A stretch of DNA of 64,000 bases from an uncultured virus (IMG/VR IMGVR_UViG_3300032038_000058) (lineage: Duplodnaviria; Heunggongvirae; Uroviricota; Caudoviricetes): IMG/VR virus record IMGVR_UViG_3300032038_000058. One strand, given 5' to 3'. Of this stretch, positions 19,901 through 30,105 are shown piece by piece. The notes beneath the pieces are model-generated. The model ran no database searches. It was not told the DNA's origin and saw nothing but the letters and a program-made list of their open reading frames with translations. Positions within the stretch are counted from its first letter, which is position 1. Each line of letters starts with the position of its first letter. The position numbers were made by a program, and so were the translations under genes.

Positions 19901-20964
19901 CTTTCACAATATAAACTTGGGTCAAATCTACTAATAAACTCTATATAATATCTATCTGAAATTTTTGTAATTCCATGTTTATCACAGAATTTATGAAACT
20001 CTCCTAATCCACTAAGTTTTCCAGCTGAAGGAAGTATGTCAGTAATTTGTCTTTTTGCTTCCTCTAGTCTAGGATACTTAGAGATATCAAATGTCTCCAT
20101 CTGTTTTTTGAATAGATCTATATCATTTACATCAGAATAATCACCATTCATGATATGCTTAATAGTCTCAACTGCATTTACTCTCTCTTTTGCAGTTCGT
20201 CTCATCCCGTTGTGTCCCTCTATTCCTAAAGAATCTATTAACGATTTATATTGATATAATGAAATTCCCATACTCTTAATTTCATCCGGCATCTCATTAT
20301 ACATCTTCTCGTAAGTAATTAATTCAGGCTGAGATTTACCTACAGGCATCTTAAACTGTAACATCTTTGGTGAAGTACAGTAAGAAATATCTGAATCCTT
20401 AGTAACCATTACACTGGGCTTTGAATTTGGATCTGGATCATATAACATCATTGAAGCTATATACATTAAGTTGTCTGCCTCATATCCAGGTACATATATC
20501 GATGGTACTCCAAATTTTCCCATTTCATATGTTAATGCAAATTTCGCCTTCTGCTTAGTCTCATTGTAGTATAACTTTACTTCAGCTTCTTGCAATACTT
20601 CTGGGGTTATGCTAGGATCCGCCTTCAATGCTTCATATTTTTCTCTTGTCATGTAAGTACTAAGAGGGTCTGCTTTTCCTTTTGCATCTTCAATATCACC
20701 GCGGCTATCTTTATAAGCACCCCCCAGTAGATGAGTTGTATAATATCCATTCCACGCAGGGTCCCACTTATCAACTACAAAAACATACTTATCTGCAGTT
20801 ATTCCATAGTCCCTGGCAAATTTATTCAGAGACCATATCGTCATTTGAATTATTTCACCAGCCGTATATTCTCCCGGCTTTTTATCCTTACTGACAACCC
20901 AAGAATTACGATAAAGTAACATTGAGCTATCAATCAATGCGTATTTATATTTATTATTTGTCAT
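19897..20964 (-). CDS. 5'-3' exonuclease / flap endonuclease (T4 RNase H-like)
   Basis: YALIDSS, YKDSR, GYEADN, TKDSD acidic motifs. Confidence 0.75.
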   Translation of the reverse strand: MTNNKYKYALIDSSMLLYRNSWVVSKDKKPGEYTAGEIIQMTIWSLNKFARDYGITADKYVFVVDKWDPAWNGYYTTHLLGGAYKDSRGDIEDAKGKADPLSTYMTREKYEALKADPSITPEVLQEAEVKLYYNETKQKAKFALTYEMGKFGVPSIYVPGYEADNLMYIASMMLYDPDPNSKPSVMVTKDSDISYCTSPKMLQFKMPVGKSQPELITYEKMYNEMPDEIKSMGISLYQYKSLIDSLGIEGHNGMRRTAKERVNAVETIKHIMNGDYSDVNDIDLFKKQMETFDISKYPRLEEAKRQITDILPSAGKLSGLGEFHKFCDKHGITKISDRYYIEFISRFDPSLYCER

Positions 20965-21031
20965 ATAATTTATTTTAATAATAAAAGGTAAGAGGGTTAC
21001 GAAAATCCCCTCCTACCCAAAGTTCAGTTAA

Positions 21032-22357
21032 TTAAAATGGCAAATCACCGTTATTTCCCCCGAAACCTCCTGCAAATGCTGGCCTCTGGAAAGGTGCACT
21101 ACCCCCAAATGTATTATTAGGGGTATCATTTACTGGCGTACCTGAAATCGGATTTAAGTGCGCGGCAGCGGGGTTCTGGAAAGGATTAGTATTCTTTGCT
21201 ACTACTTCATCCGGATTCGCTGCAACATTACTGTTACCGTATCCACCAAGCATACTCTTTTCATTCTCAACAGCCTTAGCCGCCATTTCAGCTAAGATCG
21301 GATCATTTGTCTGCTGACCTCTTGTATCAGTAGGGACTTGCTGAGAAAGAATGATATCGTTAGTAGCCTTAATTGCCTCAGCTACACTAGTTCCATTCTG
21401 CTTAGCTATACGAATCTTAGCAAGCTGGTCTGTCATATATTCAATAGCTTCCGTAATCAAAGACTTATTGAACAAACGACGCTGATCTGCAGGTGTATCC
21501 TCATCCTTATTTGCCTGCCAACCTAGGAATGTCTCTACCGGATTCTGCATCAAATCCATATCATCTTCTGGAATAGTTACTCCATTAAGATATGATTCTG
21601 CACCAAGTTGATGACTAACTGAAATATTAAATCCAGGACCATCTGCCTTGTTAATAGAGAACATCATAAATCCCTTACGATTTGCAGTCTCACGGTTATA
21701 GATATCATAAATCCAGTCAGAATTTCCAAGACCTGAAGTAATATTAGTGTCCTGAATTGCCTCAGCTACGATATCAATAAAACCTTTCGCTGTTACTACA
21801 AAGAGTGCACAGAAGTTCTGACGAGCAGGTGTTCTCATATCTCCACCAGCCCAAAGATTTAGAGCCATTGCATGAAATAATGTATAATTCTTCCGACGAA
21901 TTAACTTACCAATAGTAGGATCCATCGCATTATTTCTAGCATCTAATTCCTTATATAACTCTTCCCAAACTGTATATGCTTGACGCAATAAAGCCTCGTC
22001 TGCAGCTGTCAAAGATGATACTTCTCTGCCACTCGAAGGATCTTTAATCGTATAAGCACTCTCAGGAAGAATTCGAATCCATGCATTATATACTGTCTCT
22101 GTTCCATCACTACCGAGGTTCTTTCTAGGAATACTGATCTCTCTCGTATTTGGAAGTGCTACAAATGGATAACCACTGATAGTACTGCTAATAGGAAGCA
22201 ACTGATATTTACCAAAAGCTCCAGGATACGAACAGAAAATCTTCTCAATTGTTCTCTTCTTCTCAAAAACTTTCTTCTTTGAATTTGTAGGTGACATGCT
22301 CTGTAATTTCTCCAAAAATGCATCTACTCCATTTCCGTTGTTAACTGAATTGTTCAT
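21032..22357 (-). CDS. Probable single-stranded DNA-binding / replication protein
   Basis: First gene of the recombination operon; low-complexity tail ending GDLPF, like SSB C-termini. Confidence 0.45.
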   Translation of the reverse strand: MNNSVNNGNGVDAFLEKLQSMSPTNSKKKVFEKKRTIEKIFCSYPGAFGKYQLLPISSTISGYPFVALPNTREISIPRKNLGSDGTETVYNAWIRILPESAYTIKDPSSGREVSSLTAADEALLRQAYTVWEELYKELDARNNAMDPTIGKLIRRKNYTLFHAMALNLWAGGDMRTPARQNFCALFVVTAKGFIDIVAEAIQDTNITSGLGNSDWIYDIYNRETANRKGFMMFSINKADGPGFNISVSHQLGAESYLNGVTIPEDDMDLMQNPVETFLGWQANKDEDTPADQRRLFNKSLITEAIEYMTDQLAKIRIAKQNGTSVAEAIKATNDIILSQQVPTDTRGQQTNDPILAEMAAKAVENEKSMLGGYGNSNVAANPDEVVAKNTNPFQNPAAAHLNPISGTPVNDTPNNTFGGSAPFQRPAFAGGFGGNNGDLPF

Positions 22358-22723
22358 AAAATTTCTTAATTTAATTTGTTTTTAATAAAATAATTACTTT
22401 TCTTTTATATATTATTATTCTCTTGGGACTACATATTATCGTAATCCCATTGTGTCATTTATAAGATTTTAAAGTGTTTGTAGCGGATTTTCTTTTACTA
22501 CATTAATAAAGTTTTACGGGGATATTAACGGAATTTTTATCATTTCAGGCGCGGAACTATCATGGCCGAGCGGAATATACGGCTCCCTAATTTCGCCCAG
22601 AGAAACACTTGGGAGCTTCCACCATATAATGAGTAAGTAATTTTTTCCAGATAAATATAATTAAGAAGGCCTGCCCTATTTCTCCTTAACAGTCGAAACA
22701 GCCCACCACACCAGGCCTTACTT

Positions 22724-22759
22724 CTTCACTAACGCCTAACGGCTTTTATTGAAGTGAAG
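22724..22759 (+). repeat. 36-nt hairpin element, copy 1 (identical to the reverse complement of 56985-57020)
   Basis: CTTCACTAACGCCTAACGGCTTTTATTGAAGTGAAG. Confidence 0.95.
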
Positions 22760-22794
22760 GATATGATATTAATTTGACAATAGGAAAATTAAAG

Positions 22795-22866
22795 AAGAGG
22801 CTTGGATGGTTGGGGGAGCGGAATGGCGAAGAGAAACGGAGACATGGAGCGGAGGCAAAGCCTCTT
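22795..22866 (+). other. G-rich stem-loop element, copy 1
   Basis: AAGAGGCTT / AAGCCTCTT stem enclosing GGATGGTTGGGG ... AGCGGAGGCA, which is shared with 57025-57069. Confidence 0.75.
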
Positions 22867-23040
22867 TGAAACTAGTAAAGGAGGTGTAACTTTTTTAAGG
22901 CTACAAATCTTCTTTGTGGATATCCAAAAATATCTCAATAAAAGTAACATTTTGCACTTAGAATAACTTTAAATCCTGATATATGAGGGAGGACTCCTGT
23001 GTCCTCGCAAAAAAGTAACAAATTTAAAATAATATTTATT

Positions 23041-25062
23041 ATGAGAAAAAAGACTATTAACGTACCTTTTGGGATTAGGTACATTAGCGATTGGAAAGAT
23101 TTTAATTTCCAAAATTTCCCAGATCAATGTATAATTAATAAACAATTGCCTGGTTGTGGCTTTACTGAATTTTGCATTAGGAACTCGGATAATATTATTC
23201 TCTGTTCCCCTAGAAAAATGTTGCTCCAGAATAAAACCGATCAACACTTAGGGGAGGTATTTTTAGTAAAGAATGAACTAGAGACTGAACTAGGAGTTGA
23301 TAAGGATATTTCAAAGGATCAGAAGAATTTTGTAGAATATATACAAGAGATTTCTATGACCCAGAAAAATGAAGTTTTTAATAAGATTACTAATGAGTTT
23401 GTATTTTATTATCATAACTGTCAAGAGAATTCGAAGCCAGTTAAGATTCTGGTAACATACGACTCTTATAGAATTGTAAAAGATATTTTAACAAACTTAG
23501 GAATATTTGATCAATTCTATACTATAGTAGATGAGTTTCAAACAATCCTTCACGACTCCAGGTTTAAGTCTAGTACAGAATTAGAGTTCATGAATACTTT
23601 GGGAACGTCAAAGAAAGTATGTTTTGTCTCTGCTACACCAATGATTGACGAGTACCTTGATATGTTAGATGAGTTTAAAGATCTTCCTTACTTTAGTTTG
23701 GATTGGTCAGCAGAAGATCCCGGTCGAATTATTAAACCGAATCTTAAAGTGCTTTCAATGAAGTCTGTAGGTTCCAAAGCAGAAGAAATAATAAAAGAGT
23801 ATAGGTCTGGAGATTTTGAAAAGGCGATTAGAGTAGACGAATTAACTGGTAAGCCTTATGAAATTTTTTCTAAGGAAGCAGTATTTTACGTAAATTCTGT
23901 CAATCATATTATTTCAATTATTAAGAGGAATAGTTTAGAGCCAGATGAGATAAATATCTTATGTTCGAATACCACAGAAAATGTCAAAAGGATCAAAAAG
24001 AGACTTGGAAAAAGATTCATAATAGGAACAGTGCCTCTTAAGGGCGAAGAGAGGAAGATGTTTACTTTCTGTACAAGGACCGTATACTTAGGGGCCGATT
24101 TTTATAGTGATAATGCAAGATCATTCATTTTTTCTGATTCAAATTATGATTGTCTTTCTGTAGATATTAGCCAAGATTTACCTCAAATACTTGGGAGACA
24201 GAGATTAAACGAAAACCCATGGAAGAACTCGGCAACATTTTTCTATAGAACTACTTGCGACTATAGGAAAGTTGATAGAGCGGAGTTCGAAAAGTTTGTA
24301 GAAGAGAAGAAAAGGGCGACCTATAGTTTACTTACCTCTTATGAATCATCTCCGACAAAAGAAACTAAGTCCGACCTAGCCAAGAGTTTTAAATTTATAG
24401 CTGGTGCGAGAAATTATAGAGAGAATTATGTAGCAGTTAATACTCACGGCGGATCTTCTCTTCAGCCTGTATTTAACAACTTAGTATTAGTTAGTGATAT
24501 AAGGGCGTATGATATTCAGCAAGTAGATTATAAGGACAGGTTTAGTGTGTTTTGTTCAATTAATGCTCACGTAAATTCAGAGAATATTAATACAGAGATA
24601 GCTGAATTTTTCAAAGAATATGATAAACTGACAACATTTCATGATAAAATAAAAATGTTATGTACGTTTAATTATTCAAATCCGGATATAATTAATATAG
24701 TTCTCAATCAACTCGGGGAAGATAAGGTAAAATCCGCTTATATAGGTCTAGGTCCAGATAAACTCCGATCATTGAACTATAATATTAGCTATATTCAACG
24801 TGCATTAAGTGTTGTAACTTTTAGTGAAGAAAATCTTAAGGAAGCAATCTATGGTAATTTTAAAATAGGAGAAAAAATCTCTCTATCTTATATAAAGAAA
24901 GAGCTTTCTAAAATATATAATTCAATTGGATATAAAAAGAATCCAAAAGCTACAGACCTGCTGAATTATTTCGAAGTAAAAGAAAGTCTAATATTTCAGG
25001 ACTTAGGCGATGGAAGCAGAAAACGAGTAAAATCATATGAACTAATAAGTAAAAAAGAATAA
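23041..25062 (+). CDS. SF2 (DExx) helicase-like protein with degenerate Walker A, paralog 1
   Basis: PGCGFTE, CSPR, VTYDS, VDEFQ, VSATP, CTRTVYLGADF, QILGRQR. Start set at ATG 23041 by comparison with paralog 2. Confidence 0.75.
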   Translation: MRKKTINVPFGIRYISDWKDFNFQNFPDQCIINKQLPGCGFTEFCIRNSDNIILCSPRKMLLQNKTDQHLGEVFLVKNELETELGVDKDISKDQKNFVEYIQEISMTQKNEVFNKITNEFVFYYHNCQENSKPVKILVTYDSYRIVKDILTNLGIFDQFYTIVDEFQTILHDSRFKSSTELEFMNTLGTSKKVCFVSATPMIDEYLDMLDEFKDLPYFSLDWSAEDPGRIIKPNLKVLSMKSVGSKAEEIIKEYRSGDFEKAIRVDELTGKPYEIFSKEAVFYVNSVNHIISIIKRNSLEPDEINILCSNTTENVKRIKKRLGKRFIIGTVPLKGEERKMFTFCTRTVYLGADFYSDNARSFIFSDSNYDCLSVDISQDLPQILGRQRLNENPWKNSATFFYRTTCDYRKVDRAEFEKFVEEKKRATYSLLTSYESSPTKETKSDLAKSFKFIAGARNYRENYVAVNTHGGSSLQPVFNNLVLVSDIRAYDIQQVDYKDRFSVFCSINAHVNSENINTEIAEFFKEYDKLTTFHDKIKMLCTFNYSNPDIINIVLNQLGEDKVKSAYIGLGPDKLRSLNYNISYIQRALSVVTFSEENLKEAIYGNFKIGEKISLSYIKKELSKIYNSIGYKKNPKATDLLNYFEVKESLIFQDLGDGSRKRVKSYELISKKE

Positions 25063-25156
25063 AAAAGAGATAGTATATAGGAAATTAATCTTATATACTT
25101 TTCTCTTTTCTTTTCATTCTATCCTCCTCGCAGATATAATAATATTCTTCCGGACA

Positions 25157-25567
25157 TTAATTTTCTTTCTTTACGTAGCTTGTCCATTTATTCAGGATTC
25201 CTTTATAGTTTTTATTATCGAATCTATTTATTGCTTGATCATAAAATAGACAGTAGAGTAGTAGTTCTTCGTCTTTGCTTTTCTCGTCTACTATCAGATC
25301 TATCTTAGTAAAGCCTTTATTTATAATATGAGCCTCTAGTATTGCAAATTTCTCTTCTTCGGTTTCCCCATATATAACTGAGGGGAGTTTTAATGTATTC
25401 CTAACTGCAGGGAAGAGATTAAGAAGCAATCCGGTATTAATTTTCTGTTTAAAGCATACGGGTTCTTCTATTAATTTTTGAACAAGTAAAATCCCTTCCT
25501 CCTCTAGATCTATACACACATCTATCTCATGCTTTCTAACGAATACCTCCAGGTGATCTTTTATCAT
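25157..25567 (-). CDS. Hypothetical protein
   Basis: ORF downstream of the MFS gene. Confidence 0.55.
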   Translation of the reverse strand: MIKDHLEVFVRKHEIDVCIDLEEEGILLVQKLIEEPVCFKQKINTGLLLNLFPAVRNTLKLPSVIYGETEEEKFAILEAHIINKGFTKIDLIVDEKSKDEELLLYCLFYDQAINRFDNKNYKGILNKWTSYVKKEN

Positions 25568-26738
25568 CTTTGAATAAACTTATTGCAATTCCCAGGGCTA
25601 CAATATAAATTACCCCTACTACTAAGAATAGTGTATCATATCCAAGTCCTCGATTATTTATAATAAAGGAGCTTAATTGATTTCCACTCAGTCCTGCCCA
25701 TGCCCAAGCACTTAAAGCAAATCCATGAATAGTAGATATATTATTCATGCCAAATTTTTCTTTTAGCAGTATAGGTAATGTACTAAATCCACCACCATAC
25801 CCAGCATTAATAATACATAGGGTTATTATCAGGAGTATTGGTGATAAAGACACTGATCCTAGACAGAATATTGTACTAGTAAAGAATATAATAAGATATA
25901 TTATAATTTTTTTACTAACTAGGTCTGAGCATGTACTATATCCAAATCTTCCTACTGTATTAAATAATGCTGTTGTAGCTGATAACAGGGCAATTCCGGA
26001 GATACCAACAGAGAGTGCTATAGATTTTTCAAAGGATATCAAAGCAAGGCCACATGTAATATTTAGGTAGAATAATAGCCAAATCCTAATATACCTAGAA
26101 TCTAGTATTACTTTAAATGCATCTTTAAACTTAAACTCATCTTTAGGTTCTGTCCATCCCTCTGGTTTTTTAATAAATAATGAAGCGAGAAGCATAGGTA
26201 AGAATGATATACCTGCCATTGCTGTTAGTACTTCACTTGCTAATAAGTTAATACTAAATAGGTATTCTATTATAGGGGAGAATAATACTTTACTTAATCC
26301 AAATCCACTTATAGCAATACCTGTTGCTAGTCCGGGGTGTTTACTGAACCAGAGCATTAATGTTTTTACTGGACTTAAATATCCTATACCTAATCCAATT
26401 CCCATTAAGGCTCCATAGGATAAGAATAACCCTAGAATAGAACCTCCTTTAATTGCGAGGGCGGATAGTAACAGACCTGAGATAAAACAGATCATAGAGA
26501 GTACACTTGCATTTTTCACATTTTTCTCAACAAATCTACCACCAAATGCAGCAGACATACCTAGTGAAAAGATAGCAAGCGAAAAAGCAAATTCAATCGG
26601 GGATGTAGAAACTAATCCCATCTCTTGAGCAATATCGCCTTTTAATAGCGACCAACAATATACACTTCCAATGCATGAGTGTATCAATAGTGCAGGTAAA
26701 GCCCCACACAACCATTTATTTTCTTTTATCTTTATCAT
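25536..26738 (-). CDS. MFS transporter, OFA (oxalate:formate antiporter-like) family
   Basis: About 12 TM segments; GSVYCWS, GIGLGIGYLSP, WFSKHPGLATGIAISGFG, YGGGFS. Start placed at ATG 26738 after the promoter motif. Confidence 0.85.
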   Translation of the reverse strand: MIKIKENKWLCGALPALLIHSCIGSVYCWSLLKGDIAQEMGLVSTSPIEFAFSLAIFSLGMSAAFGGRFVEKNVKNASVLSMICFISGLLLSALAIKGGSILGLFLSYGALMGIGLGIGYLSPVKTLMLWFSKHPGLATGIAISGFGLSKVLFSPIIEYLFSINLLASEVLTAMAGISFLPMLLASLFIKKPEGWTEPKDEFKFKDAFKVILDSRYIRIWLLFYLNITCGLALISFEKSIALSVGISGIALLSATTALFNTVGRFGYSTCSDLVSKKIIIYLIIFFTSTIFCLGSVSLSPILLIITLCIINAGYGGGFSTLPILLKEKFGMNNISTIHGFALSAWAWAGLSGNQLSSFIINNRGLGYDTLFLVVGVIYIVALGIAISLFKDDKRSPGGIR

Positions 26739-26789
26739 AACACATATAAGGCAGTGATTGTTTTCTATAGGCAAAACCTTATATTTGAT

Positions 26790-27350
26790 ATGAAGCCTAA
26801 TGATAAAAATAGAGTAGTTTGCCCGGATTGTGGTAAAGCGAAAATGTTATTTAAGTCGAAAAAATCGGCTGAGAAATTTATTGAATATAATGGAAAAGAT
26901 ATAGATACTGGTGGAAAACCTCTTAGATCTTATTACTGTCCTGCATGTTGTGGTTATCATATTACAAAGAGGAGGTATAGAAAATCTTATAGCACAAGGA
27001 CAGATAACTTGATCAATGCTTATCATAGTAGCCTAGAATCAAAGAAAAAGATTGAAAAGCAGACTCCTCCTCCTCCACCCCCAACAACAGAACAACTTGC
27101 TCAGGGTGAGGTAGATAAAATCCCTTTAGAGATATTTATCCTAGGAAAAGGGTCTGTAAAGAAGTATATAACAGAAACCTTTAGAAAAGAGGGTGAGGAG
27201 ACTTTATTTATTACCACCATAAGAAAGTTGGCATATAAAAGATTAGAAAAAATTTGGGGATATAGAAAAATACCCTATGAGCAGTATCATAAAGAAATGG
27301 AAGAATTAAAAAGAAAAAATATGGAAGGTTTGAAAGAGCAGGGATTTTAG
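26790..27350 (+). CDS. Zinc-finger-like basic protein
   Basis: CPDC ... CPACCGYH and a poly-Pro linker. ATG lies 2 nt after the promoter motif at 26777-26787. Confidence 0.6.
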   Translation: MKPNDKNRVVCPDCGKAKMLFKSKKSAEKFIEYNGKDIDTGGKPLRSYYCPACCGYHITKRRYRKSYSTRTDNLINAYHSSLESKKKIEKQTPPPPPPTTEQLAQGEVDKIPLEIFILGKGSVKKYITETFRKEGEETLFITTIRKLAYKRLEKIWGYRKIPYEQYHKEMEELKRKNMEGLKEQGF

Positions 27351-27356
27351 GAGTAG

Positions 27357-27402
27357 AAAAGAAAAGTACTAGATATATTACAATCTAATACTTTCTTTTT
27401 TT
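27357..27402. terminator. Bidirectional terminator-like hairpin
   Basis: AAAGTACTAGAT / ATCTAATACTTT imperfect stem with A and T tails between convergent genes. Confidence 0.55.
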
Positions 27403-27403
27403 A

Positions 27404-30061
27404 TTAACCCAGTACTTCTACCTTAGGATTATTGTTTTCGTCAAGGCTAACATTAAATTTCGAGGCTTTTACATCTTGCAACATCATATTACTTACAGGT
27501 ATTATTACAGATGATTCAATACCTCTTGACAAATCTCTAGCTCCGTATATAGGATTACATTTACTAATGATATAATCCCTCAACTCGTTAGAGACTTTAA
27601 TGCTAACTTTATTTTTATTTAACTGTGTCCGAATCTTTAACAGTTCTTTATTAAAAATTTTGACTAATTCATCTTTTCCTAGGTTATTGAATACTATGAT
27701 TTTATCTAATCTGTTAATGAATTCTGGGCGAAAGTGTTTTTCTACACTCTTCATTACAATATTCTTATTTCTTCTTGCAATGTCCCCCGGATCCTTTATT
27801 CCAAATCCAATATTTTTATCTTCCTTTAATTCCCGGGTACCAATATTTCCCGTAAAGATTATTACACAGTTAGAGAAATCTACCTCAGTTCCATTGGCTA
27901 ATTTACACTTTGATGTTTCCAATACAGATAGCCAGATGTCATATAAGGCGGGATGCATTTTATCTATTTCATCAAGAAGTACTAAAGATCTTTTATGTCT
28001 TCTTACTTTCTCTAGGATACAATCTCCGTTCTCATATCCTACATATCCGGCGGGTGCACCAATTAGTTTAGACAATGAGTGTTCTTCCTTAAGTTCACCA
28101 CCATCAATTTTAATCAATGCATCTTCTGACCCAAAGAATATTCTAGCAAACTCTTGAGCAATAAGTGTTTTACCTACTCCACTAGGCCCTACTGCTAAAA
28201 GACTACATAGAGGTTTCTTTTGGTTATGCAATCCCAGAGAGTTCAATTGAAGCGACTGAACTAATGTATCAATAGCCTCTTGCTGACCAATTACTTTACT
28301 TTCAAGTTCTTTTTTCATCAAGGCTATTTTATCTCGATCTGATTGAATAATATTCTCAGCCGGAATCCCTGTCATTTTACTTACGGCATCTGATACAGCA
28401 TCTAGTGTAATAACTGGCCAGGTTTTTCTGTTCCTAGCATCTTTTTCAGTAGCTTTGATTTCAGCATCTATAAGTTTTTGAATAGCTTTCTCTTCTTTTC
28501 TCAACTCTTCTCCTCGCTCAAAATCCATATCTACCTGAACAGCTTTTATCTTCTCTTCAATTATATTTTTCAATTTATCTTCCAGGTCAGTAGTTTTTGG
28601 AGATTCAACAATTCTCTTTAAACTTACAATTGAAGAGCTTAGGTCTAGAACATCTATTGCTTTATCGGGGAAATTCTTATCGGTTATATATCTATCTGCC
28701 CATTCTACACAATGTTCAATAGTGTCTTTGTCTAATCGAACTCTATGATATTTTTCGTATGCTCCCGAAAGACCTTTAAGTATTTTAATAGTTTCTCCCT
28801 TACTAGGTTCTTTAACTTCTACTTGAGTAAATCTTCGGTTCAATGCAGCATCTTTTTCTATATACTTTCTATACTCGTCATTTGTTGTTGCACCAATACA
28901 CTGGAACTCACCACGAGCTAGATAGGGTTTCAAGATATTAGCACCGTCTCCACCACCAGTTCCTCCATTTCCAACAAGGGCATGAAGTTCATCGATATAT
29001 ACAATAATATCTTTTGAAGAACATACCTCCTTTATTATCTTCTGTAATCGTTCTTCATATTCTCCTCTATATTTTGTTCCCGCCACTAAGTCATTCAAGT
29101 TCAGCGCCCGAATTTCTTTATTCTTTAGTGCAGCAGGAACCTTGTTGTTTACTATTCTTTGTGCTAATAGTTCAACTACGCTACTTTTGCCAACACCTGC
29201 TTCTCCTACCAAGGCGACATTAGCTTTTTTTCTTTTACATAGAATTTCAATAATAGAGTCTACTAAAGCATCCCTTCCTATTACGGGATCATATTTTCCA
29301 TCTTTAGCATAATTATTCATATTGATCGAAAATTGATCTAAGTAGGGAGTATCGCTGTTGGGATCTAATTCCTGTCCAGATAGAGGGCTAGTATCTCCAT
29401 ATTTCTCAAACTCCTTTTCATCGTCTTCATTATTTGCCATAGAATTATTATCATTATTGGTTGATTCTTTATCTTTAGCCATTGATTTTGCTATTTCCAT
29501 AAGGGCTGACATTATATCTTTACCACCTTTAATTTTCTTCTCTCCCTCATATAGTTTACTTATACTATCAGATGTAATTCCCATGTCAATCAAGATATCA
29601 ATGACACTAGAATCATAATGCTCTATTAGTTTTTCTAATATCACGTCAGTATCTAAAATATCTTCTCTCTCTGGATATACATATTTAGTATGTTCAATCG
29701 AGCAGTTAATTACATACTCAAGCTCCGGATCAATACCTAGGTCAACTGTAAAGTATCTATCATCCTTGTCAACATGTAAAGAAGATGCATTCTCTTCTAA
29801 CCAACATATTATATCGGCATTCTCATCCTCGGCCGTTTCTATAATAAAGTCTCTATCTTCTTCCTCGATAGTAGACAATAGATAATTAGATAATGGCAGA
29901 TTACTTGGAGAAGAATTCCTCTTGTTTAAGTAATAATCTAAGAAAGTAAGTGAAAATATCTCAATTGGTATTACATTCATCTTTCTTTCTTTTGAGAACT
30001 TGTACGAAATCTTAAAAATCTCCTGTAAGTCTCTTGATAGTTTTAACTTATTATTTTTCAT
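27404..30061 (-). CDS. clpC: ClpC/ClpA-type AAA+ ATPase
   Basis: Two NBDs (GEAGVGKS / YIDELH and GPSGVGKT / LLDEIDK), GTKYRGEYEER pore loop, NIGFG ClpP-docking loop, FRPEFINRLD, YGAR. Confidence 0.88.
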   Translation of the reverse strand: MKNNKLKLSRDLQEIFKISYKFSKERKMNVIPIEIFSLTFLDYYLNKRNSSPSNLPLSNYLLSTIEEEDRDFIIETAEDENADIICWLEENASSLHVDKDDRYFTVDLGIDPELEYVINCSIEHTKYVYPEREDILDTDVILEKLIEHYDSSVIDILIDMGITSDSISKLYEGEKKIKGGKDIMSALMEIAKSMAKDKESTNNDNNSMANNEDDEKEFEKYGDTSPLSGQELDPNSDTPYLDQFSINMNNYAKDGKYDPVIGRDALVDSIIEILCKRKKANVALVGEAGVGKSSVVELLAQRIVNNKVPAALKNKEIRALNLNDLVAGTKYRGEYEERLQKIIKEVCSSKDIIVYIDELHALVGNGGTGGGDGANILKPYLARGEFQCIGATTNDEYRKYIEKDAALNRRFTQVEVKEPSKGETIKILKGLSGAYEKYHRVRLDKDTIEHCVEWADRYITDKNFPDKAIDVLDLSSSIVSLKRIVESPKTTDLEDKLKNIIEEKIKAVQVDMDFERGEELRKEEKAIQKLIDAEIKATEKDARNRKTWPVITLDAVSDAVSKMTGIPAENIIQSDRDKIALMKKELESKVIGQQEAIDTLVQSLQLNSLGLHNQKKPLCSLLAVGPSGVGKTLIAQEFARIFFGSEDALIKIDGGELKEEHSLSKLIGAPAGYVGYENGDCILEKVRRHKRSLVLLDEIDKMHPALYDIWLSVLETSKCKLANGTEVDFSNCVIIFTGNIGTRELKEDKNIGFGIKDPGDIARRNKNIVMKSVEKHFRPEFINRLDKIIVFNNLGKDELVKIFNKELLKIRTQLNKNKVSIKVSNELRDYIISKCNPIYGARDLSRGIESSVIIPVSNMMLQDVKASKFNVSLDENNNPKVEVLG

Positions 30062-30105
30062 ATAATATATATAAATTTAATTCATATTATCCATATATAA
30101 GAATC

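Noticed and set aside
22969..23247. Minus-strand 92-aa ORF and the GTG start at 22999
   Set aside because: The ORF is antisense to the helicase-like gene, and paralog comparison places the start at ATG 23041.
22358..25113. Classical IS or transposon around the helicase-like gene
   Set aside because: I found no transposase or integrase motifs, terminal inverted repeats or target-site duplication by eye, so mobility remains a hypothesis only.
27600..29618. Plus-strand ORFs 27600-28157, 29014-29223 and 29358-29618, and similar short antisense ORFs across the window
   Set aside because: They are shadows of well-supported genes on the opposite strand and have no motifs or promoter element.
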